A stretch of 63,808 bases of DNA, the filler included, from Nemertoderma westbladi (lineage: Eukaryota > Animalia > Xenacoelomorpha): the NCBI GenBank assembly GCA_032718475.1. It is 3 parts of 3 records of this genome, joined end to end, with 100 filler letters (N's around TTAATTAATTAA, not from the genome) between each part and the next. Parts side by side here need not be neighbours in the genome. Positions count along the whole stretch, not along the records: positions 22,289 to 54,255 come from JAUCBJ010006331.1; 2 more parts are not named here. One strand, written 5' to 3'. Shown here one piece after another: positions 25,231 to 36,900 of this stretch. The position numbers were made by a program, and so were the translations under genes. The stretch's first letter is position 1; the number at the start of each line of letters is the position of its first letter. The notes under the pieces are model-generated. The model saw only the letters and a list, made by a program, of their open reading frames with translations, was not told the origin of the DNA and made no database searches.

Positions 25231-25710
25231 GAGTTGTGAAAGAAGAATAATCTATTGCAAGAGCAGATGTTTATTATAATTTCTTGGACGAATTGATGTA
25301 ATAACGAAGCTGTGGGTATGAATAATTTAAGCTCTATCGCAGGCCCCATTCACGCAGGCCCCATTCACGCATTGATGTTTGGGTTAGTCATGCTATGGTT
25401 AATAAGAGCCCGAGCAGCCGCAGATTATTGAGGGATGACTCAGGGCCAAACTGGGCCGCACAGTGCCTATTGTATTGTATATTTCGTTTGTTATAGTACA
25501 ATTTATTCATCTCGCGTCCCTATCTGATTGATTTGTATCAAATTAAATTGCCTTTGGCAACATTATTTGATACAAATCGATTGATTAAACAATTAATTAA
25601 TTGTTTAATCGACCAATTAATTAATTGATTAATTAATTAATGACCTACTTAACACCCAAGGTGTGAAGTAGGACTAAACTGTCGCCGAAGTAGGGTAAAC
25701 CATTACTACT

Positions 25711-27880
25711 ATTATTGGGGACCGAATCAGCTGATCTCGCAACTGTTTATTATTGGAGAGCGAATCAGCTGATCTCGCCACTGTTTATTATTGGGGAGCG
25801 AATCAGCTGATCTCGCAACTGTTTATTATTGGGGATCCAATCAGCTGATCTCGCAACTGTTTATTATTGGAGAGCGAATCAGCTGATCTCGCAACTGTTT
25901 ATTATTAGGGAGCGAATCAGCTGATCTCACAACTGTTTATTATTGGGGAGCGAATCAGCTGATCTCGCAACTGTTTATTATTGGGGAGCGAATCAGCTGA
26001 TCTCGCAACTGTTTATTATTGGGGAGCGAATCAGCTGATCTCGCAACTGTTTATTATTGGAGAGCGAATCAGCTGATCTTGCAACTGTTTATTATTGGGG
26101 AGCGAATCAGCTGTTCTCGCAACTCTTTATTATTGGAGAGCGAATCAGCCTATCTCGCAACTGTTTATTATTGGGGAGTGAATCAGCTGATCTCGCAACT
26201 GTTTATTATTGGGGAGCGAATCAGCTGATCTCGCAACTGTTTATTAGTGGAGAGCGAATCAGCTGATCTCGCAACTGTTTATTATTGGGGAGCGAATCAG
26301 CTGATCTCGCAACTGTTTATTATTGGGGAGCGAATCAGCTGATCTCGCAACTGTTTATTAGTGGAGAGCGAATCAGCTGATCTCGCAACTGTTTATTATT
26401 GGGGAGCGAATCAGCTGATCTCGCAACTGTTTATTATTGGGGAGCGAATCAGCTGATCTCGCAACTGTTTATTATTGGGGAGCGAATCAGCTGATCTCGC
26501 AACTGTTTATTATTGGGGAGCGAATCAGCTGATCTCGCAACTGTTTATTATTGGGGAGCGAATCAGCTGATCTCGCAACTGTTTATTATTGGGGAACGAA
26601 TCAGCTGATCTTGCAACTCTTTATTATTGGAGAGCGAATCAACCTATCTCGCAACTGTTTATTATTGGGAAGCGAATCAGCTGATCTCGCAACTGTTTAT
26701 TATTGGGGAGCGAATCAGCTGATCTCGTAACTGTTTATTAGTGGAGAGCGAATCAGCTGATCTCGCAACTGTTTATTATTGGGGAGCGAATCAGCTGATC
26801 TCGCAACTGTTTATTATTGGGGAGCGAATCAGCTGATCTCGCAACTGTTTACTTTTTTTGGTGGAGAGCAAATCAGCTGATCTCGCAACTGTTTATTATT
26901 GGGGAGCGAATCAGCTGATCTCGCAACTGTTTATTATTGGGGAGCGAATCAGCTGATCTCGCAACTGTTTATTATTGGGGAGCGAATCAGCTGATCTCGC
27001 AACTGTTTATTATTGGGGAGCGAATCAGCTGATCTCGCAACTGTTTATTAGTGGAGAGCGAATCAGCTGATCTCGCAACTGTTTATTATTGGGGAGCGAA
27101 TCAGCTGATCTCGCAACTGTTTATTATTGGGGAGCGAATCAGCTGATCTCGCAACTGTTTATTATTGGGGAGCGAATCAGCTGATCTCGCAACTGTTTAT
27201 TATTGGGGAGCGAATCAGCTGATCTCGCAACTCTTTATTATTGGAGAGCGAATCAGCCTATCTCGCAACTGTTTATTATTGGGGAGCGAATCAGCTGATC
27301 TCGCAACTGTTTATTATTGGGGAGCGAATCAGCTGATCTCGTAACAGTTTATTAGTGGAGAGCGAATCAGCTGATCTCGCAACTGTTTATTATTGGGGAG
27401 CGAATCAGCTGATCTCGCAACTGTTTATTATTGGGGAGCGAATCAGCTGATCTCGCAACTGTTTATTATTGGGGAGCGAATCAGCTGATCTTGCAACTGT
27501 TTACTATTGGGGAGCGAATCAGCTGATCTCGCAACTCTTTATTATTGGAGAGCGAATCAGCTGATCTTGCAACTGTTTACTATTGGGGAGCGAATCAGCT
27601 GATCTCGCAACTCTTTATTATTGGAGAGCGAATCAGCTGATCTCGCAACTGTTTACTATTGGAGAGCGAATCAGCCTATCTCGCAACTGTTTATTATTGG
27701 GGAGCGAATCAGCTGATCTCGCAACTGTTTATTATTGGAGAGCGAATCAGCCTATCTCGCAACTGTTTATTATTGGGGAGCGAATCAGCTGATCTCGCAA
27801 CTGTTTATTATTGGAGAGCGAATCAGCTGATCTCGGAACTGTTTATTATTGGGTATCCAATCATCTGATCTCCCAACTGT
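25711..27880. repeat. 38-bp satellite, about 57 units, each with an internal palindrome
   Basis: Unit ACTGTTTATTATTGGGGAGCGAATCAGCTGATCTCGCA; no spacers. Confidence 0.97.
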
Positions 27881-27908
27881 AACGTGGACTACAAACTTAC
27901 TCACCAAT

Positions 27909-30900
27909 ATGGAATTATTAGCGGCAATTAACACTGGCGACTTTTTATTTATATGTTTCCTTATCCTACAGAAATGTAAGTCATTAGGGGGGGGGGGGTC
28001 AAAATTTGAGCCTTTTCTGTTTTACGGGAAAATTCTTATATTCAGAATTTCCCCCGTGATTTTAATGGTTAAATATTGCTATAATCGCTGAGTGTCACGG
28101 GATTGGGAGTGTGACGAGATCGTAGATCCCGACCGGGTTAGATTTAGTACGCGTCACCGTTCTGCTGGGGCTGTTGAACTATAGTCGTTTTGGCCGAAGG
28201 CCGCCGGGGAAAATAAGAGAGTAATGTTAATGTTCCGAATGATAATAGCACAGAATCAGTACGTAATTGATATCACGATACAGAATGACAGCAGTAAATC
28301 AGTAATAGATATTGATCGGTGATGTTGGTGACAGTCGAAAACTATGACCGGTCTGCAACTCTGTGATTAATGAACTGACCGGTAAATCAGTAATACAGAA
28401 TAGTTATATGATTGATACACACAGATATTGGTTTCACCTCTTACTCTACTTGGCCTTCTGTACCCAGTGGATGCTTTCCTATCTCTGTTCACGTGCTCCC
28501 TTGCCTGATATTGGCTTATATACTAAGTGTCACTTTGGCACTCCCTGTGAGTGTTTCCCCCCGCCGCTAGCCTCTACTAGCTGTGTTCTCCCTCCGAGGT
28601 GGTTTGACCTCTCACCTCTCTCTGTGGCTTTAGGGCTTGTGTCCCCCCCCCCCCCCCAAGTTGGTTATGATACGAGATTATTATTGGTAATCTCGTATCC
28701 CCAACTATATTGGTAAAATGCCACTGGTCCCATTTTCGGGTGGATAATGTAATGGAATTGAATCTGCTTACAGGGAGAGCCATAGTTCGAAAGTCACGGT
28801 ATTGGGAGAGCCATAGTTCGAAAGTCACGGTATTGGGAGAGCCATAGTTCGAAAGTCACGGTATTGGGAGAGCCATAGTACGAAAGTCACGGTATTGGGA
28901 GAGCCATAGTACGAAAGTCACGGTATTGGGAGAGCCATATCTTTAAAACTAAGAAATATATTGAAAACCATTAGAAATTTTGAATTCGCCATCAAACTTT
29001 GACCTAAACTCAATTAAAAAAACTTTGCATTAAAAAAAAATAGATTTACGCAGTTACACACATTTCTCCTAAGCCATTGCAGCAATATGTCCACTAACTA
29101 TTGCTACAATCTGCCCAATAACCTTTGATACAATAATCTGTACTTTAACCATTGCTACAATTACAATAATCTCCCCATTAATCATCACTACAATAATCTT
29201 CCCATTAACCATTGCTACAATAATTTGTCCATTAACCATTGCTACAATCTGCCCATAACCATCGCTACAATAATCCGCTCAATAACCAACGCTACAATAA
29301 TCTGCCCATCAACCATCGCTACAATAATCTGCCCATTAACCTTCGCTACAATAATCTACCCATTAACCATTGCTACAATAATCTACCCAATAAACATTGC
29401 TACAATAATTTGTCCATTAACCATTGCTACAATCTGCCCATAACCATCGCAACAATAATCTCCCCATTAACCATTGCCTAATAATCTCCCCATTAATCAT
29501 CACTACAATAATCTGCCCATTAACCTTCGCTACAATAATCTGCTCATTAACCAACGCTACAATGATCTGCCCATCAACCATCGCTACAATAATCTGCCCA
29601 TTAACCATTGCTACAATAATCTGCCCATTAACCATTGCTACAATAATCTACCCAATAAACATTGCTACAATAATTTGTCCATTAACCATTGCTACAATCT
29701 GCCCATTAACCATCGCTACAATAATCTCCCCATTAACCATTGCTACATTAATCTACCCAATAAACATTGCTACAATAATTTGTCCATTAACCATTGCTAC
29801 AATCTGTCCATTAACCATTGCTACAATCTGTCCATCAACCATCGCTACAATAATCTCCCCATTAACCATTGCCAAATAATCTCCCCATTAATCATCACTA
29901 CAATAATCTGCCCATCAACCATCGCTACAATAATCTGCCCATTAACCATTAGTACAATAATCTACCCAATAAACATTGCTACAATAATTTGTCCATTAAC
30001 CATTGCTACAATCTGCCCATTAACCATTGCTACAATAATCTACCCAATAAACATTGCTACAATAATTTGTCCATTAACCAATGCTACAATCTGCCCATAA
30101 CCATCGCTACAATAATCTGTCCATCAACCATCGCTACAATAATCTCCCCATTAACTATTGCCAAATAATCTCCCCATTAATCATCACTACAATAATCTGC
30201 CCATCAACCATCGCTACAATAATCTGCCCATTAACCATTAGTACAATAATCTACCCAATAAACATTGCTACAATAATTTGTCCATTAACCATTGCTACAA
30301 TCTGCCCATTAACCATTGCTACAATAATCTACCCAATAAACATTGCTACAATAATTTGTCCATTAACCATTGCTACAATCTGCCCATAACCATCGCTACA
30401 ATAATCTGTTCATCAACCATCGCTACAATAATCTGCCCATTAACCATTGGTACAATAATCTACCCAATAAACATTGCTACAATAATTTGTCCATTAACCA
30501 TTGCTACAATCTGCCCATTAACCATTGCTACAATAATCTACCCAATAAACATTGCTACAATAATTTGTCCATTAACCATTGCTACAATCTGCCCATAACC
30601 ATCGCTACAATAATCTGTCCATCAACCATCGCTACAATAATCTGCCCATTAACCATTGGTACAATAATCTACCCAATAAACATTGCTACAATAATTTGTC
30701 CATTAACCATTGCTACAATCTGCCCATAACCATCGCTACAATAATCTGTCCATCAACCATCGCTACAATAATCTGCCCATTAACCATTGGTACAATAATC
30801 TACCCAATAAACATTGCTACAATAATTTGTCCATTAACCATTGCTACAATCTGCCCATAACCGTCGCTACAATAATCTGCCCATCAACCATCGCTACAAT

Positions 30901-33900
30901 AATCTGCCCATTAACCATTGCTACAATAATCTGCCCATTAACCATTGCTACAATAATCTGCCCATTAACCATCGCTACAATAATCTCCCCATTAACCATT
31001 GCCAAATAATCTCCCCATTAATCATCACTACAATAATCTGCCCATTAACCTTCGCTACAATAATCTGCCCATTAACCATTGCTACAATAATCTGCCCATT
31101 AACCATCGCTACAATAATCTGCCCATTAACCATTGCTACAATAATCTACCCAATAAACATTGCTACAATAATTTGTCCATTAACCATTGCTACAATCTGC
31201 CCATAACCATCGCTACAATAATCTGTCCATCAACCATCACTACAATAATCTGCCCATTAACCATTGCCTAATAATCTGCCCATTAACCATTGCTACAATA
31301 ATCTGCCCATTAACCATTGCTACAATAATCTACCCAATAAACATTGCTACAATAATTTGTCCATTAACCATTGCTACAATCTGCCCATAACCGTCGCTAC
31401 AATAATCTGGCCATCAACCATCGCTACAATAATCTGCCCATTAACCATTGCTACAATAATCTGCCCATTAACCATTGCTACAATAATCTGCCCATTAACC
31501 ATTGCTACAATAATCTGCCCATTAACCATTGCTACAATAATCTGCCCATTAACCATTGCTACAATAATCTACCCAATAAACATTGCTACAATAATTTGTC
31601 CATTAACCATTGCTACAATCTGCCCATAACCGTCGCTACAATAATCTGGCCATCAACCATCGCTACAATAATCTGCCCATTAACCATTGCTACAATAATC
31701 TGCCCATTAACCATTGCTACAATAATCTGCCCATTAACCATTGCTACAATAATCTGCCCATTAACCATTGCTACAATAATCTACCCAATAAACATTGCTA
31801 CAATAATTTGTCCATTAACCATTGCTACAATCTGCCCATAACCATCGCTACAATAATCTGTCCATCAACCATCACTACAATAATCTGCCCATTAACCATT
31901 GCCTAATAATCTGCCCATTAACCATTGCTACAATAATCTGCCCATTAACCATTGCTACAATAATCTACCCAATAAACATTGCTACAATAATTTGTCCATT
32001 AACCATTGCTACAATCTGCCCATAACCGTCGCTACAATAATCTGGCCATCAACCATCGCTACAATAATCTGCCCATTAACCATTGCTACAATAATCTGCC
32101 CATTAACCATTGCTACAATAATCTGCCCATTAACCATTGCTACAATAATCTGCCCATTCCCCATTGCTGTAATCTGCCCATAAAACGCTTCAACAATTTG
32201 CCAATTTGCTACCACTATCTGTTCAATAACCATCGCTTGCTATAATCTGACCATCAACCACTAACCCAGGGGGGGGGGGTCATTTTAGAAATTTTCTTTA
32301 ATTTAGGTTTGTTGGGAAAACCGAGAATTCGTGACTTTTCCTAAAATTTACAGGGTTATCCAACAGAGCAAACGTCATTTACATGGCTATGTTATTTTTC
32401 GTGCTGTGGTCCCTTACTGGCACCCATATCCAATACTTTTCGTGCTAAAATTTTCAAACGTTTTTATGGCACACTAAAATTAATTTATTTGCAGTATATA
32501 GCGGTTTTTTTAGATGCTGATCACGAATATGAAACTGAAATATATCGTACCTGGTTGATTAGTGTATTTTTGGATACATGTCAATGCGCGGCACGAAAAA
32601 TACAAGTAGCACAAATTTTATAATCAAAACTCAATACCAAATCAACCTGATTTTAAGACATTATGGGTTTTCTGGGCGCTGATCACGAATATGACACACA
32701 AAAATTTCCTATTATCCAACCAAATACTATTTTTACCGTGTGAAATTTTATGGTACTTGTATTTTTCGTCCAACTAGACAAGCAAAAAAATGATAGTTAC
32801 GTTACCACGAATGATTTTTACGATTTGTATCGGGATCAGCGACCTTGGAAATCAGTATAGCTTCATAATTACCAAACGAAAGGCAAAATTTAACAGTTTG
32901 TAAGTTTTTGCTACTTGTACTTTTCGTTCTGGGGCACCAGAATGGCATAAAATTGGGTTTACAATACCAGAAATATTAATAACTAGTTTCATCATGATCA
33001 GTGACCTCCAATACCCGTATACAGTACCTTCAGGCTTATCAAACCAAACACAAAATTTTTAAGTTTGAGATTTTTTTATTTCGTCCTGTGAGACCAAGAT
33101 ACATACTGTACTGTTGCACCAAAAATTATGGTTGTTTTGCCAGAAAATATTGTAAACGAAAAAAAAGCGACCTCGAAAACATTTATACCATCAAAATTTA
33201 AATTTTTGAGCCAAGATCTAAAAAATTTATAAAATACCTCCCCCCCCCCCCGGGCCAGATAGGGTCATAAACATTGAGGCTGCACTCTGTAATTAACACT
33301 TCTCACCTTTTTTTACATGTTTATTTGTTTACAGTTTCTCAATGTCTCTGCATATACTGTGGGCAGCAATCGGATTGCACTGATTACTGTTGCTTAGATA
33401 CCTCGAGCTGTTGTGATTTCATGGACTACTTAGATAACGCCGATAATTGCAGAACGTCACTAGATTGTCACCACTACCTCAGAGGATATTGCTGTGATGA
33501 CTCCTGGTGAGTATAATAACGATAATAATCACAGTTATATTATTATTAATAATGATATAATTGCCATTTTTATTGGATTTAAAGGGTAAATAATGTAACA
33601 TAAATTTTATTCGGAATTTAAGATTTTATTTGCAATTAACCGAACTGGTAGTAGATCGGTCGGTCTGTAGTAGACTTTTAAAGTTCCATAACGGAATCAC
33701 AAAGTCTGCTAAAGGCCCAATAAGAGTGTCACCATGAAGGAAGGCAGTATCTGTCAACCTGGCCGAGTTAATCAATGAGCTGTGGACAGAATAAGTGCTG
33801 CTCGGGAAATCGGCTGCATCTCATTCAAACAACCTGCCATTTCCATGAAAGAGTTGTCAACGATACCCCAGATGTACTGCATAGCATACTACATACGATA

Positions 33901-36900
33901 GCGGCTTTTGAAAGTTAATTTCGTTAATCAGCTCAATAATGGCCGCGTACTGCTACATGGTTTCATCTCAAATCCTTTGTCGGGCACAAAAGGCTGCTAT
34001 ATCATTTTGTTCTCAAATTGGAGATTTTCAAGATATAGGAACACGAACGAGAACGACTGTTACACACCCACACTAGTTTAGATGAAGGTCGATCAGGAAC
34101 ACGTAGGCTGGTTCCATTACCGAAAAAATGTAGCCTCTCTTGTTTTAGGTGATAAAGGTATTTACTAACAATAATTACAGCCGAGCTATTCAAATGAGTC
34201 ATTTTGAATCTTGTAGAGATACTCTTGCGTGTGAATTATAATGTCATCAATAAAGGTAAAGACACAATCGAGGCAATTCTGATTTGAAATTATCATTGAA
34301 AATTTATCTGCAAAGAAGGACAGGCAATAATTGGCTGTCATTTATGTAGACTTTCTTCAAGGCATCTGTGTCAAGAGCAAATATGTTAGAAATACTTCAC
34401 GTCTACCGCTATGCCACACGGGGTGCTAATTGTTTGATATGCCACTCCTTATAAACAATAATTGCTATTGACTACTAACCACCGGTCATTGGGCCGGTCA
34501 GGAAGAAAGAGGGGCAAATTGACCGCAAGTGAATAAAATTATCTCCAGTACAAATTGACCGACAATACCATGAGGATGGACTTAGTGTACTTACAGTGGG
34601 CCTACAGTATATCCCGTATATTTTACATTTTTCAATAATAGCGGCCAATTTGCCACGGAAGAATTGTTTGGTTGTTAGTATAGTACTGTAATTATATAAT
34701 GATTATTTTTATATTTCATAGGTGTTGCGATGCCGATACGTATTTTGATAGACCTATAAATATAGTTGGCGGTGCGGGTAACTACCTACTCGGAATGTCG
34801 TAAGTATGCCTGTCTACTAGAAACCTACGTAGTATTAATATCTAAAAGGTTGATGGGTGCGATTGGCGTGTAGGGTCTGCTTCTTTGTGAACCGCTATCG
34901 CTGGAATGTGAGAAAGAAAAATATACACTAACATTAAAATAAAATATCAGTATTTTTATATTCCTAGCTACGAAGATCCCTCTTAATAAATATTACTTAT
35001 TTTCTAGAGTTGTCGCTGCTGTTTTTGCCTTCGGGGTTCCCGGACTCTGTCTGTGTATTTGCGTTACCACCGGGGTCGTATTGGCCTGTCAAAAAGGGAA
35101 AAAGAAAAAAGGTCGAGTTGTCGGTGTCAACAATGTCAATGCCGGAGGTCAAGGTTAGCTGTCGTATCAAATTGTCACTCAAAGGTATATGTCGTATCCA
35201 ATGTGTCACTCAAAGGTTTGTGTCGTATCCAATGTGTCACTCAAAGGTTTGTGTCGTATCCAATGTGTCACTCAAAGGTATATGTCGTATCCAATGTGTT
35301 ACTCAAAGGTTTGTGTCGTATCCAATGTGTCACTCAAAGGTATGTGCCGTATCCAATGTGTCACTAAAGGTTTGTGTCGTATCCAATCAATCCAATCAAT
35401 CGATCAATCTGCTTACTGGGGGGAAAAGCCAACCAACCACCAAGGTTAAGGCTGAATCACCAGCCGATCGCCTCAATGGTTGGAAAGCCCACTTTGAAAA
35501 GCTCCTCAATAATGACAGGGTATTGCCTGATAACTTTATAGAAGTAAAAGTGTCTGAGTCTGTACTCCCAGATATTCCCATTGGCGATATCTCCTTTGCA
35601 GAAGTGAAGGCTGCTGCAAAGAGCATTAAGACCAATCGTGCCAGTGGAGTAGATGGTGTTCCCCCTGAGGTCTTTAAAATACCTGAGTGTTTAAAGCTCA
35701 TCTATCCCATCATAGTAGACATGTACCGAACAACAAGAGTCCCACAAGAAATGAAAACAAATAAGTTGGTGCCAGTTCCCAAGAAGGGCAACCTAACACT
35801 CTATGGTTCTTTTCGGGGAATCTCATTGATCTCGATTGCTGCAAAGCTATACAATAGGATTCTATTAAATCGCATCAGGGATCCCATTGAGTGACTGCTC
35901 CGTGGAAATCAGAATGGGTTCCGTAAAGGTCGTGGGACCATGGAGCCCATTTTGGCACTTCGAAGGATTATTGAAGAGTTATCAAAAAAGAAAGACAGGC
36001 ATCTGGCTGTTATCTTTGTTGACTTCTTCAAGGCCTTTGATTCAGTCTCTCGCTCACGTATGTTCAGCATACTTTCATTATATGGGATTCCTGATGAAAT
36101 TATTGCAGCAATCAGATCAGTATATGATGGTTCGACAACATTTGTGTCTACTGTTGACGGTGACACAGAACCATTTGAAGTGTTATGGGGCGTCCTCCAA
36201 GGAGACACACTTGCACCATTCTTGTTCATTATTGTGGTTGACTATGTTCTACGCATGTCCTTAGATCATTATAATGATGATGGGGTGATGATAACTCCAC
36301 CTACTGGCTCCAGAAGTCGAGGAAATCCTGCCAAGTACCTAACTGATCTAGACTTTGCTGATGACTTAGGAGTACTCTCAGAATCATTAGAGGGAGCCCA
36401 ACGGCTCCTCAGCTCATTAGAACATGCTGCTTCTAGTGTTGGTCTTTTTATTAACTCCAGAAAGACCAAAATTCTGACAGTTAACTTTGAAAGTCCTCAG
36501 CAAGTCTCTGATCGGATGAGCATAAGCTCAAAGGATGGTATGCTTGAGCATGTGGACGACTTCTGTTACCTGGGATCATGGATCCGGAAGTCAGGTGAGG
36601 ACCTTCGAATACGTAAGGGAAAGGCATGGGCAGCCTTGAATAGGCTTTCCAGGATTTGGAAGTCACCGAGAATTAATCGGAAACTTAAGGTCCGATTATT
36701 TAGAGCAGCAGTAGTTCCAGTACTCCTCTACGGGAGTCCATGCTGGGTTCTAACTGCTGAGGACACCAAATCTCTGGATGGCACATTCACAAGAATGCTA
36801 CGCCGGGTTCATTGTGTCAAGTACAATGCACACATCTCCAACCAGACACTATATAACATTGGAGGTGTCTCATTGGTTCCCCCAAGCTTGACACTAGAAC

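Larger units (their letters stand above)
23726..25710 (-). mobile_element. Terminus and first gene of a putative Polinton/Maverick-like element (cassette A; inner boundary unknown)
   Basis: Minus strand starts AGTAGTAATG..CTTCGGCGACAGTTTAGTCC at 25710; palindromic subterminal DNA; promoter homologous to 59990-60100. Confidence 0.55.

Noticed and set aside
25711-27880. CRISPR-like array (38-bp palindromic repeats)
   Set aside because: Units are head-to-tail with no unique spacers, there are no cas genes, and the context is eukaryotic.
29225-32245. Many ORFs (TIICPLTIA / NNLPINHCY repeats)
   Set aside because: They are translations of the 27-bp satellite inside an intron, with frequent frame switches.
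35010-35894. 294-aa ORF as a single gene
   Set aside because: It is a chance read-through of exon 4 (wrong frame), satellite and RTE sequence.
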